The notes beneath the pieces are model-generated. The model was not told the origin of the DNA. It ran no database searches and saw nothing but the letters and a program-made list of their open reading frames with translations. From contig NC_073405.1 of assembly GCF_028641065.1 (NCBI RefSeq), forward strand, positions 6,572,001 to 6,636,000: a stretch of 64,000 bases of DNA, written 5' to 3'. The translations under genes and the position numbers were made by a program. This DNA comes from Leucoraja erinacea (taxonomy: Eukaryota). Positions 11,615 to 24,041 of this stretch are shown piece by piece; positions within the stretch are counted from its first letter, which is position 1; the number at the start of each line of letters is the position of its first letter.

Positions 11615-12907
11615 ACCCCTTTTTCACAGGGCGACGTGACGCAAGAGGTAACCAGAGTTTAACATCGAGGGAACCTCGTGCGATAACAGTACGGCATCCA
11701 TGGACCACCGTGGCGCTAACGGCAGGTAATCGTGTAACTTGGGTACTCGGGAGAAAATTCAAGCAAGCTTGAATTTCTCCAAGAGTGACTTGTACACTTG
11801 TGGTTGAACATTGCAACATTATATGCACGTAGTGGCCAGTGCGAGATCCGTAGTAACTCTTGCGGTTACTGTGGAAACTCCTGCGAACGGTGAACCCGGA
11901 AGCTGGACAGAGGGGACAGAAGTTGAGTAAAAAAGGTGTTCTCAATGTCGCCAATGGAACAAGTGTCCATCGAGGACGTCCCACCTCATTGTCATTGTTG
12001 GAGAATCTTTTTAACAGGAACACGCAGAGATGGCTCCCAGAAAAGCTCAAAGAAAGGGGGTAAAGCGTGTCAGAAAGGTTTTTGCCATGCAGGGGAATGA
12101 GGAGGAGACGCAGCAAGAGAGACAGGTGGAGAGGCAACAGGAGATGCCACAGATAACACTGCCTGTGGGCTCCTTGGAGCAGGGAGAGGGTGAGCAAGGT
12201 GGATTTCAAATTGCCTCCCCAGTAGCCGTTGTAGGAATAGCCTCTACAGACGCTTATGTAAAGGGAAGATGGCAGAAGGTAAGGCCATATAACTTCTCCA
12301 GGGAACAAGAGGGGGAACTTGTAGAATGGTACCAATTTAACGAGATTCTCTACGATAAATCCAGAGAGGATTATAGAAACAGGGAGAGAAAACGGAACCT
12401 GCTGGAGACGAAGGCTGCGGAGTATCCCAGGTGCTCATGTGAGTATATATAACGATATATCAGTTCATCAACAGGAGAACCATTTAATGTTATCCAAGAT
12501 TTAAAAACATACAATGCTATAGATGTAAAAGTGCTGTTTTTGCAGTTAACAAACTTCTCTTATAAGTCTGTCTGTGCCCTGCAGCTGCAAAGTAAAAAAG
12601 TCGCAGACAGCTTTTACACCCTCTGTGTTTGAGGTTGGAATCATGTTTCTAAGAGCCATAAAATAAATTATGGCATCATTTGTGCCACGTGATGATTTAA
12701 TTACACTTGACAGTTTACAATGTTCATTCAAGATTTAACGGGAAAGCTCGGGAGACGGACAAGTCACTCGCACAAATAACAGAAATGCCGAGTACCGTGG
12801 GAACTCTTTGTCTACCCCCCTCCGTTATATCGTGTGATATCGTGCTAGACCACGACCACTTCACTCTGGTCACATCTTGCGTCAAGTCGCCCCGTGAAAA
12901 AGCCCCA
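11615..12907 (+). mobile_element. Non-autonomous PIF/Harbinger transposon retaining part of its MADF gene
   Basis: TIRs of about 40 bp (TTTTTCACAGGGCGACGTGACGCAAGAGGTAACCAGAGT and ACTCTGGTCACATCTTGCGTCAAGTCGCCCCGTGAAAAA), flanked by TTAA at 11611-11614 and 12908-12911. It splits a SINE. No transposase is seen. Confidence 0.8.
12030..12438 (+). pseudogene. First exon of a Harbinger MADF (Myb/SANT-like) accessory gene
   Basis: FSREQEGELVEWYQFNEILYDKSREDYRNRERK is the N-terminal half of a MADF domain. Basic N-terminus; donor GTGAGT at 12439; the rest of the domain is missing. Confidence 0.65.
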
Positions 12908-13955
12908 TTAATATGGGGGATCACTGGTCGGCGCAGACTCGATGGGCCGAAGGGCCTGCTTCCCGCGCTGGATAAAAGTATCTATTTATTCCCTTAACTA
13001 TTTTATACCACTCTGTAAGATTACACCTCGGCCTCCAGCTTTCTATGGTTTATTTAATATTACCAGCACATTTTCGACATCCTAATGTGTTTTAGCTAGA
13101 GACAGAGTCACACAGCACGGAGACAGGCCCTTCAGCTCAACCTGTCCATGCCCTATCTACACCAGTCCTACCTACCCATGTTTGGCCCACATCCCTCTAC
13201 ATTTTTCCTATCCAAAAATGTTTTAAATATTGTTATAGTGCCCGTTTCAACTTCCTCCTCTGGCAGCTTGTTCCATGTACCCACCACCCCTCCGAGTAAA
13301 AAAAGTTGCCCCTCAAGTTCCTATTAAATCTTGCCCCTTTCACCTTAAACCTACGTCCTCCGTTCCACTGGATAAAATACCTATTGTCTATCTATTCCCC
13401 TCATGATTTTATAAGATCATACCTCAGCCTCCAGCATTTATGTTTTCATTCAAAATCATCAGCTCATTTTCTAATGATTTTTTTTTTGGGCCATTCAACA
13501 CATTGAGGTTGTTCCATTCTTCAGTAAAATCCAAACTGTCTTGTACCTCGGCTCCCATTGTCAGCTTTTACATGTCTCTTTGTTCCTGACAAGTTAGCCC
13601 TTTCCTTTGTTATCATTGCTGGCTTTGATCAGCCATTTTACAATCTTTCCTAAATTTGCTCTAATTACTTTTCATATCTCTCACTTCCTTCTCCCCCGAT
13701 CCCTCAGTCTGAAGAAGGGCCTCGACCCGAAATGTCACCTGTTCCTTTTCTCCAGAGATGCTGCCTGACCCGCTGAGTTACTCCAGCCTTTCGTGTCCAT
13801 CTTTGGTGTAAACCAGCGCCTGCAATTCCTTCCCACACAAGGCCGCCCTTTTATTCTTGAGAGCTACCCAGGGCATCCATAGCCTTTTGCAATCTCATTT
13901 TTCAAAAACAGAACTTAATTGCTGATCACAAAAAAATAACATTCTATTTTTGCAG

Positions 13956-14968
13956 GAAGTCCGAAAGTACGGAGTTTCCCCCTCTACAAAGATGGCAACA
14001 ACACTTTTCTGAATGATTCTACCAAGGAGCATCTCAACAGTTCCATTACCACGGTGGTGATCCCGGTCATTTCAAGCATCGTCCTGATCATTGGCCTCCC
14101 GGCGAATGGTCTTGCCCTTTGGGTTTTGGCCACCAAGGTCCAGAGGATGCCCTCCACCATCTTCCTGATGAACCTGGCAACGGCCGACCTCCTCCTGATC
14201 CTGGCGCTGCCCTTTAAAATCCACTATCACTTCCAGGGCAACAACTGGGTCTTCGGCGAAGCTCTGTGTCGGACGATGACCGCCTTCTTCTACGGCAACA
14301 TGTACTGCTCCATCCTCCTCCTCACCGTCATTAGCATCGACCGTTACTTTGCCCTGGTCCACCCGTTCTACTCCAAAGGCTTCAGAGACAATAGGTTTGC
14401 TACGGTTACCTGCGTGACGATTTGGTTTCTTGTTGGACTCTCCACCATACCGTTCCTTTGGAAGAAGCAGGTGCACTGGTTGAAGAACCTAAATATCACG
14501 ACCTGCCACGACGTCTTGCCGGAAGATGTGGCCTCCGATTACTACTTCGTGTGTCTGATCGCTTTTGGCTTTCTCATCCCGTTTCTCATCACGATATTCT
14601 GCAACGTGTCGGTAATCCGAGCGCTGGCCGTTAGCGCGGGGCCGTTCGGCCTGGCTGTGCGGAACATGACATTGGTGATGATTGTGTTTGTGGTGTGTTT
14701 TCTCCCCAGCAATATAATCCTACTCATCCACCATTCCGGAAGCACCTACAGGTACCTCTATCATTATTACATGATCTGTCTGATGCTGTGCACCCTCAAC
14801 AACTGCATCGACCCCTTCATCTACTACTACCTCTCGGACGATTTCCGGAGTAAAGTGAGAAGCCTGACCTTCTGCACGAGAACGAACGAGGGTTCACGAA
14901 AATCAGCTAGGCCCCTGGCCCAGACAAACACCTCCTCTACTCCGGACAGCAAGGTGTCGAGCAATTGA
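13956..14968 (+). CDS. PAR-like copy 2, 7TM exon (GSPKVR|SFPLYK...)
   Basis: Acceptor TTCTATTTTTGCAG ending 13955; open in frame into ORF 14054..14968. LPANGLALWVLAT..R.PST..LMNLA.ADLLL and DPFIYYY.S..FR.KVR resemble human PAR4; ITTCHDVL present. Confidence 0.92.
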
Positions 14969-16185
14969 AGTTGGTCTCTGTGAACATGACCAGACTCTCA
15001 GTCGTATCGGAGTAGCAAAGCCAGCAATCTCTAGCTTGATCAGTGACATGCCTACTCAACCAGGATGTTGCTTCCAATAAATCACTCCCTGTCTAACAAC
15101 AAGAGAAAGCCCTCGACACATGAAACCAGGACTGATCCCAATTAACATTGGGAAAAGGTCGCGTCTTAATGGTCGGGCAAAACGCACGGGTCTCACTGCA
15201 CTTAATGTCAGCAAGAAGACTGTACGTGATTACAATCAAGCTGTCCAGATCGTACACACAGAATAAAGTTAGCCTCTCTATTTGGCTGTCATAATGAAAA
15301 CACTCCACGCCAGGCAAGATCTTGGTGAATCTGCACTCTCTCCAGAACTTTAACATCCGTCCTGTAGTGCGGTGTGCTGTACTCCAGATGTTTTATTAAC
15401 ATTGCCTGTGTTGGATAGTGCTAGTGTATGGGGTGATCACTGGTCGGCATGGGCCGAAGGGCCTGTTTCTGTCCTGTATCTCAAAATTAATGTATGTGTC
15501 TTAACGTCTATGTAATTACATAATGCAAACATTGTCAAATGGAGGAAAATGCATCAAATTCCCTGTTTGTGATGAATATTTGGATGTGTAACTTGCCTCA
15601 GAATTAAAAACCTTTTGAAAATAAAACATTGTTTGATGTTCTTGAGTATGAGCTAAATACTTTTCCCTTGTCCTGTATCTATAATAAATCCATGACATTT
15701 GATTTTTCAGAGTAGAATATTCTTATTGATTCGAAGAGCAACTTCTATTAACACTTAAGATAGGCACAAAATGCCAGAGTAACTCAACGGGTCAGGCAGC
15801 ATCTCCGGAGAAGAGAAATAGATGACGTTTTGGGTCGAGACACTTCTTCAGACAGAGTCAGGGGAAAGGGAAACTAGAGGTATGAAAAGGTACAAAGAAG
15901 AGATGAATGAAAGGTATGAGATGAACTATTCAAAGCCAGCACTGATGATCAAGGAGAGGCAGAGCCCACAATGGTCCATTGTTGGCTGTGGAGAGGGTGA
16001 CAACGAGTGGATACAAACAGCGATACTCGGTGAAACAGGAGTTTCCAATAACACTAAGCTTCCAATAACATTTGCTGGGTGGTGTCACCAGAGTTAAAGG
16101 TGATCGTCCTTGGCTGGGCCAGGAACGGGGTCCTTTCTGCCTTGCTCACCTGGTGAATTGTTTGCTCGTTGACAAGGCGTCAAGA

Positions 16186-16670
16186 GATAAGAGTCAAGAG
16201 TGTTTAAATGTCACATGTACCGAAGATCGGAACATTGGATTCTTACCTGGAGCATAACGGGTCTAGAATGCGGTACATGGATTACATAATAAACAATACA
16301 AAGTTCAATAAATGTTAAAAGACAATATTAATGCAAACAAAAGCCTTGTAGATCGAAGACCCTTGTAGATCGAAGACCCGTTCGTAGTTTTTCAGTTTAG
16401 TTGGTTTTGTAGTGTTTAAGAGGCTAATGGTTTCAGGGAAGAAGCTGAACCTGGACGTTACAGTTTTCAGACTCCTGTACCTTCTTCCCGATGGCAGGGT
16501 TGAAATGAGAACCTGGCCAGGGTGGTGTGGGCCTCTGACAATGCCGCCTGCCTTTTTGAGGCAGCAACTCCTGTAGATCCCTTCAATGGTGGGGTGGTCA
16601 GTACCTGTGATGGACCGAGCAGTGTCCACCACTTTTTGTAATCACATTCGCTGATGGGTGTTTGAGTTGC
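16186..16670 (-). mobile_element. Rex1/Babar-like LINE 3' end
   Basis: TARSITG…CLKKA..IV..PHHPG…LPSGRRYRSL…SFFP..ISLLN is the typical Rex1 ORF C-terminus, followed by a short tandem tail. Confidence 0.75.
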
Positions 16671-16776
16671 TGCAATGTATTCTCTCTGCATGTATGCAAT
16701 ATGCTCTCTACCGTACACCTGCAGGGTATGTCATGAGATGGGTAATGCTGGCATTTATTGCTCACCCCCAATTGTG

Positions 16777-17284
16777 CGGCACGGTGGCGCAGCGGTAGAG
16801 TTGCTGCCTTACAGCGAATGCAACGCTGGAGGCCCGGTTTCGATCTCGACTACGAGTGCTGTCTGTACGGAGTTTGTACCTTCTCCCTGTGAGAGCCCTG
16901 CAAGGTGTATAATATTTTTTACACTGTCATAGGCCTTTCTTACATTTGCTGTCACAACGCTCTGTAGTCTCTAAACAACCCTTCAGTAATTTTCCTTGCC
17001 CACCATTACAGTATAATAGTGTTTTAAGCCAATAACTCGACACTAGCAGTGGCAATAAATAAATAAAGGCAGCTTTCCAGCCCCTTATCTCATTGGCCAC
17101 GCTCGGCTGCAAAACGGTGTCAATCTGGTGGACCATCTTCCTCTAGTCGTGGAAGTGGAACAGCTTAGGGCCTCCCTTCATCTAAATCCGGCCCTGCCTG
17201 TGACCTGCTTGGGTTTTCTCTGAGATCTTCAGTTTCCTCCCACACTCCAAAGACGAACAGGTTTGTAGGTTAATAGGCTTGATA
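16777..17284 (+). mobile_element. 5' half of a HE1/V-SINE, itself interrupted by a hAT-like fragment at about 16892-17195
   Basis: Head GGCACGGTGGCGCAGCGGTAGAG. The SINE resumes after …TAAATCCGGCCCTG, breaks at GGCTTGATAT and continues at 25414. Confidence 0.7.
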
Positions 17285-20200
17285 TAATAATAATAAAAGT
17301 TTTATTTCAGACACAGGTCCATATAACACATCATACAGTATAAGGAGATACAAAAAATACATTAAAAAATTGCATATTAGCCTATAAGATATACAGTACA
17401 AGCTATTGCACCAATGCCATCTTAGCCTAGAAGTGAATCTATAGCAGCTTTTCAGAGGGCTGACTAGGGCTTCAATTATGTGATTCTCTGACTTGTCCAG
17501 GCGACACATAAAACTAAACATCAGCTGTCTTAAGAGTGCCTCACAGGTTGGCACTCTAGTGGACACAAACAATTGACTGGCACTATGCCACCTAGGGACA
17601 CGAAGTAGCAACCTCATTGCATCATTGTATGCTACCTTAAGCCTCTGCATACTCTTTTTCTTATAGTTAGACCACAATTGAGCAGTATATAACGGTGTGA
17701 TATAGGTTCTGAACAAGGAACACTTCACAGAGTCAGAGCACAAAGAAAACTTCCTTATAAGTATGTTAGCTTGAAAATAAAATTTACAGCGCTGTCGGTA
17801 GAGGCCTTTGTCATCCGTCCAGTCATCGGATAGGACATGACCTAGGTATTTAATTTCCTCACACACAGCAAGAGGACTGCCTGACAAATAAAAGGTCGGA
17901 AAAGTTGATTTCCTGTTCTCAGCGCTTCTAACTATCATTATGCGGCTTTTCTTAGCGTTATACTTTATGTCATAATCAAGGCCATACTGAGAGCACACCT
18001 TCAGCATCTGCTGCAGCCCAGCACTATATGGACAGAGCAGGACCAGGTCGTCTGCATACATCAGATGATTAACAATAGTGTTGCCCACAAGACAGCCAGT
18101 TTTTAACCTATTTAACTGATTTGATAATTCATCCATATAAACATTAAATAAAATAGGAGACAAGATTCCTCCTTGCCGCACTCCGTTACTAACACAGAAT
18201 GGAGCAGATACAACATTGTCCCATTTAACCTGAAACGTTTGATGGGCATATCAAAACACTAAAATTCTCACTAAAAATTTAGGGGCACCTCTATCTAGCA
18301 ATTTTACAAACAATTGTTCATGATTAATTCTATCAAATGCCTTGGACGCATCAATAAAACATAGGAATACAGATGAATTCAGGCTTGTGTACCTGAACAC
18401 AATCTCTTTAAGAGCATAGATACACTGGTCAGTTCCATGTTTTCTTTTGAACCCAAACTGATTGTCAGTAGTAAGGACATACATTTCTAGCTTTGTTAGC
18501 AGTATTCTCTCCAGTACTTTAGACAAGATACTGGCTAATGCAATAGGTCGATAATTGTCAATACTGTTGAGCTTACCAGCCTTGTCTTTAAGCACAGGCA
18601 CTAACATTACAGACATAATAGCATTTGGCAGGACACCATGAACCAGACAACCATTAAAGCACATGGCAGAGCTTATAGCTGGCATATTTTAGATGTTCTG
18701 CAGTAATGCAGTCCATACCGCAGGCTTTGTTGTTATCCAACATGTTAATGGCATCATAGACATCTGCTGCCCTAACTATCATATCTGCTGAGAGATCAAT
18801 ATGTTCATGATTGATTCTAACTGGGTTACTTTTAACACAATTTTACTTCGGAGTCACGTGAGTGACTACCTGAAGAACCCGCTCAGTGTGCAGGTGCGGC
18901 ATTAACGTCCAGCTGTGCAACGGCGGCCCAGACGGGAGTCGGGCGCTCCCTCAACTAGCCTGAAAGAAGGAACGTTAGGTAAGCACCTACCTTAATCGGG
19001 CCTTGTCTTTTTTGCTCCAGGGGGAGCAAAGCAGCAGAGGAAGCGGCCCCCGTTCGACTCCAGCGAAGGAGCCGACAGTGGAGGGGGAGAGGCGGCAACG
19101 GGACCGCACACGCTGCGGACCACAGACACGGGTGCTGCGCTGATGCCGGTCCGCTGAACAGCTGTTTGACTAACAGCAGCGGACCGGAGGGAAATTTAAA
19201 AACCGGCCGGCAACCCCTGCAGACTCCCGACAAGGAGAATCGCCGCCCGAGAACCGCAAAAATTCCGACCGAAAACGGCAGGCAGCCTCTATCAATAAGG
19301 TAAGACCAAACCTCAGGCTGGAGACAGTAAAAACAAGTATGTCTGTTTCCCCAAGCCAGAGGAGGTCATGGAGCTAAAAAACTCCAGAAAAACGAGGGGT
19401 CACTGGCTGAATGCCAAGGGAGCTAACACTCCCACCCCAGTGCTATTGCACTAGCCATCTCCCTTGTCGAGGGATTGATGGGACCAGAGCTGGGCTGGTC
19501 AAAGAGGAGGGGTGTAAGACCAAACCTCAGGAAAAGCGATCTCACGGAGGTAGGGCATATGCCTCCTCCACAGTATCTACAGTACCCCTCTGCTCCCTCT
19601 TCGAGGCTAGCAAGGGAGACCAGGGCTGGGCTGGTCTACAACAAGGGCAGGCGGACGAGAGCAGAAGTATGCCAGGGGAGCAGGATCATGAAGAGCTGCT
19701 GGGTGTCGTGGGCCACTATACGGCACCACCACGCGCAGGAAGACTACTGGAACCCAAGATGGCAGCCAGTATCAACCATCTCTCCAACAAAGCCCTGCAG
19801 GAGAAGGCCCTTCTAGAAGCTTTAGAAGAGTACACAGCGCCAGAGAATTGTGAGGCACTAAAAGAAGAGTGTCAACGGTCAAATCTGGAGGCAGCTGGGT
19901 CAGCAGATTCGCAGTCAAGAGCCTTTGCTCGTTCCACGGAACATACTAACATGACCACCTGCCAACAGGATGTATTAGCACTAATGTGCAATACACAATT
20001 GAGATCAACAATCTAAGGCAGGACAATATAAGACCTGCCCTCAACCCCAAATATGCGGGGCTATGCAAAACCGCTGCAGCGGAAAGAGAGGCAGCTAAAC
20101 CTGTGGGCCTCATGAGGGCAGGCCCGGGAACGAGCGGGACATCTCATCCGACACCCAGCTGGCAGCACCCCTCGGCATCCACCAGTCGACACCCACATCC

Positions 20201-20519
20201 AAGGACTGGTGAAAGCTCGGGGACCGCTGCTTATTACCCCCAAAGGTCTTTTTTAGACATGGGCCCGGAGCGGACCCCAGGGAAAATGCGCCGCCCCACC
20301 GACAGCACCAGCATACCAGCAAAACAGAGCCTTCATGAAGAAACAATGAACATGGAGGTAGGTGGGTCTGGTTCCTGCCAGCTTACACAGAATAAGGGTG
20401 CTCTACTAACTGGGGACGATTACACTTGTTTTAAAAAATAAAAAATAAAAAAGCATGGGGTACTGTCACAAATAACAAATATATACTCAACAGTATTAGT
20501 GGATACAAAATTGAATTTA

Positions 20520-21700
20520 AATTGGGCATATTACCGCCAGTTCAGCATGCGCCCCAAAGGGTATTTTTCCCTCTGAGAAAGAGAAGGGAGAAGGACAAGC
20601 TGAACTAGAAAGGCTCATTGCAAAAGGGATCATTGAAAAGATCAAACATGAACCATTGGAATTTGTATCGAATATATTCACTAAAACTAAAAAAGATGGT
20701 GGATGTCGCATCATCATTGACCTAACATCACTAAATAAATCTGTTGAGTATATACACTTCAAGATGGAGACGCTTGTCACTGCCAGACAACTGATCTCCA
20801 AAGGATACTTTATGGCAAGCATTGATATTAAAGATGCTTACTATCTAATACCCATACACAAGGATCATTGTAGATACCTAAAATTTATCTGGATGGAGCA
20901 ACTATGGGAGTATAGAGCATTGCCCAATGGTCTAACCTCAGCCCTAGACTATTTACAAAAATACTAAAAATAGCCATGAAAATATTAAGAAAACAAAAGC
21001 ATAGTCATGGCATATTTGGATGACATCCTCATATTAGGAAAAACAAAGGAATTAGCTGTGGCAGCAGTTCTAGCTATGAAACAGCTCCTTGAAACACTGG
21101 GGTTCGTCCTACACCCAGATAAATCCAAATTGAAGCCGTTAACTACCATAGATTATCTGGGCTTCAATATCAATTCAATCCATATGACTGTTACTTTGCC
21201 AAGGTGCTCGGGTCAAATCATGAATTTACCCACTGAACCTATATCAGAACTACAGTGGTGGGCAGACAATGTTTGGCACAGTTTCAGCCCTATTATCATC
21301 ACCAACCCTAACTTGGTTATTAAAAACCGATGCCAGTGCTTTAGGCTGGGGAGCAACTAACTCCATATCCAGCACAGGTGGCAGATGGACTAATTCAGAA
21401 TCATCGTTACTACACACACTGGGCATCAACTATTTGGAAATGTTGGCCGCCTATCATGGGTTAAAAGCATATGCATTTAAAATGCAGCACGTGCATGTGC
21501 GGTTACGGATTGATAATACTATGGTGGTGGCTTATATTAACCATATGGGGAGCATAAAATCATTATCGTGCGACAAATTGGTCAAACAGATCTGGCAATG
21601 GTGTGTCGAAAGACATTTTTTACTATCGGCTGCCTATCTACTAGGTAAGCTAAAACACAGTGGCAGACACCAGGTCACGGGGGAAAAAATTTAATGATAA
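20520..21700 (+). pseudogene. DIRS reverse transcriptase / RNase H (frameshifted)
   Basis: FVSNIF..KKDGGCRIIIDL..LN, FKME, IDIKDAY, LPNGL, AYLDD; RNase H motifs TDASALGWGA, INYLEMLA and DNTMVVAYINHMG. Confidence 0.88.
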
Positions 21701-22119
21701 CATCGAATGGATGTTAAACCCAAAATATTTGCTAAAGTTATTAAGCAATATGGAACGCCAGATATCGATTTGTTTGCAACAAGACGGAATCACCAGTTAC
21801 CTATGTATGTGACTTGGGAACCAGATCAGAGGCAGCAGCGGTAGATGCCTACACGCTGGATTGGGGGAATTTCTGCTTTTTGCTTTCCCTCCCTTCTGCC
21901 TCATCAGTCGGGTACTTCGCAATACAGATGGACTCTGCCTCTGGGATATTGATGGTGCCCGACTGGCCTACACAGCCATGGTTCCCAGTTCATCACGACA
22001 TGGTGGTCGAGTCACCTATGGATTTCCCTAGTGGACCACGGTTGTTGACTCACCCAGTATCAGGCATAAGCCACCCATGCCATGAAAACATCAAACTCCT
22101 GGGTTGTAGGTTTGAATAG
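21700..22119 (+). pseudogene. DIRS DNA N6-adenine methyltransferase-like domain (frameshifted)
   Basis: IDLFATRRNHQLPMY, AVDAYTLDW, AFPPF and VPDWPTQPWF spread across frames. This domain is known to lie after RNase H in DIRS1 elements. Confidence 0.7.
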
Positions 22120-23030
22120 ACCTTACCAGGGACTGGGATTATCCAAATGAACCATCACCACCATGTCGGCATCCCTGCGAACAGCCACCAAGAAGCAAAA
22201 ATGGGAAAATACTGCCAGGACGCAGGGACAACATACGAAACTACTCAACCACTGACGTGCTGGAGTTCCTGGGCCATCTACACCATGATGAAAAGATAAG
22301 TTACAGTGCCGTAAATACAGCACGAACCGCCCTGTCTGCTTATCTAAAAACAGCAGGACAGCAGAGCATGGGATCCCATCCACTGATGATAAAACTTATG
22401 AAGGGCATTTACAATAACAAGCCCCCAAAACCCAGGTATACCCATGTATGGGATATCAGTGTGATATTAACATATCTCAGAGGATGGCCACCAGCTAGAT
22501 CCCTCAGTCTTGAGCAATCTACGTTAAAAACGCTCATGCTTATGGCTCTCGTATCCGCTCACAGAGTCCAGTCACTCCATAAAACTAAGACTGGATAACA
22601 TGGTGATCACCCCAGACCGCATCACGTTCATCATTCTAGGTCTGGTAAAAACAAAGCAGGCCAGGAACGCCCAATTCACTGGTGGTATTCCGGGCCTACC
22701 CACCAGAGCCAAGGTTGAGTGTGGTGACCCATCTACAACAATATATAGACACAACCCACAATCTCAGAGGGAGAGAAAAAGCCCTATGGGTCAGCCACAA
22801 GAAACCTCATGACGGGGTAACGAGCCAAACCACTTCAAGGTGGCTCAAACAGGTACTGAAAGCTGCCAGAATAGACACTAATACATTTAAATCCCATTCC
22901 ACTAGGGCAGCATCGACATCAGCGGCTGAACGAATGGACGTCTCGGTTGACCACATTCTCAATACGGCAGGATGGTCGAGGGAAACGACGTTCAGAATGT
23001 TTTTTATTATAAACCGTTGATAAAGCCTGA
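22120..23030 (+). pseudogene. DIRS tyrosine recombinase (frameshifted)
   Basis: SYSAVNTARTALS, KTLMLMALVSAHRVQSL, HSTRAASTS and ILNTAGWS…TFRMF: the R…HxxR…W catalytic motifs. Confidence 0.88.
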
Positions 23031-23713
23031 TTTAATTGCAGACAGAATATTACAAACTGCAAATATTTAATTTAAGCTCAGGGGAGCTATTTATGTTGTT
23101 ATTGTTAATAAATACCTTTCTGTTTCTTGAGAAAGCAGATCCATTGGTTGATTACGATAACACTTCCTCCCTCAAGAACTTCGGCAGTGAGTGAAATAAA
23201 AACTGTTACACGGTTTGAAATCACAGACCTTTGAAGTCTTCACGTAGTCACTCACGTGACTCCGAAGTAAAATAGTAAGATTAAACGAGTACTTACCAGT
23301 GCAAAGTTTGATCTGTATTTTATGAGGAGTTACGATGAGGGATTACGTGCCCTCCGCTCCCACCCTCATTATATAGATCAAACTAGTAAACTGATGTCTC
23401 CTTAATCTTTGCTATGTTTACTTCATATATTGTGTCTATCTGTGATTCCACATCGCTGCTTGGAAGTATGTCGCACCTGCGCACTGGGCAGGGTTCTTCA
23501 CGTAATCCCTCATCGTAACTCCTCATAAAATACAGATCAAACTTCGCACTGGTAAGTACTCGTTTAATCTTACTATTAAAAAGGTTACGGTAGTGCTTAC
23601 GCCAAATCTCAGCTATTTTTTCTGGGCTACTAACCCCTTCAATGTCAGATGGTAGAGGTGTTTTATTGTTATTCATTACTTTGTCCTCTTTCCAGAAGTT
23701 AGTAAGGTTGTTG

Positions 23714-24041
23714 GTACACAAAATTGCTGGAGGAACTCAGCGGGTGCAGCAGCATCTATGGAGTGAAGAAAATAGGCGACGTTTCGGGCCAAAACCCTTC
23801 TTCAGACTGATGGGGGGTGGGATGGGAGAAGGAAGGAAAGGGGAGGAGGAGGAGCCCGAGGGGGGGGGGATGGGAGGAGACAGCTTGAGGGTTAAAGAAG
23901 GGGAGGAGACAGCAAAGGCTAGCAAAATTGGGAGAATTCAACATTCATGCCATCAGGATGCAAGCTGCCCAGGCGGAATATGAGGTGCTGTTCCTCCAAT
24001 TTCCGGTGTTGCTCACTCTGGCAATGGAGGAGACCCAGGTT
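23714..24041 (-). mobile_element. 5'-truncated Penelope-like element: GIY-YIG C-terminus plus pLTR with hammerhead motif
   Basis: The minus strand reads LGLLHCQSEQHRKLEEQHLIFRLGSLHPDGMNVEF, then CTGAAGA-A-GGGT-TTTG-GCCC-GAAAC-GTC. Flanking duplication AGGTTGTTG at 23705-23713 and 24042-24050. Confidence 0.82.

Larger units (their letters stand above)
18840..23577 (+). mobile_element. DIRS1-type tyrosine-recombinase retrotransposon, full-length termini, coding frames broken
   Basis: The left ITR (about 18843-18904) is inverted at about 23467-23504. An internal complementary region at 23237-23349 pairs with both termini. Contains gag-like, RT (YLDD), RNase H, methyltransferase-like and YR segments, with ATT at both junctions. 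Confidence 0.93.

Noticed and set aside
11517-12335. 272-aa minus-strand ORF
   Set aside because: It lies antisense to the purine-rich MADF exon and crosses the TIR and a SINE; no recognisable domain.
12030-14968. In-frame MADF-PAR fusion through the phase-1 donor at 12439 and the phase-1 acceptor at 13955
   Set aside because: The junction codon would be T+GA = TGA, a stop.
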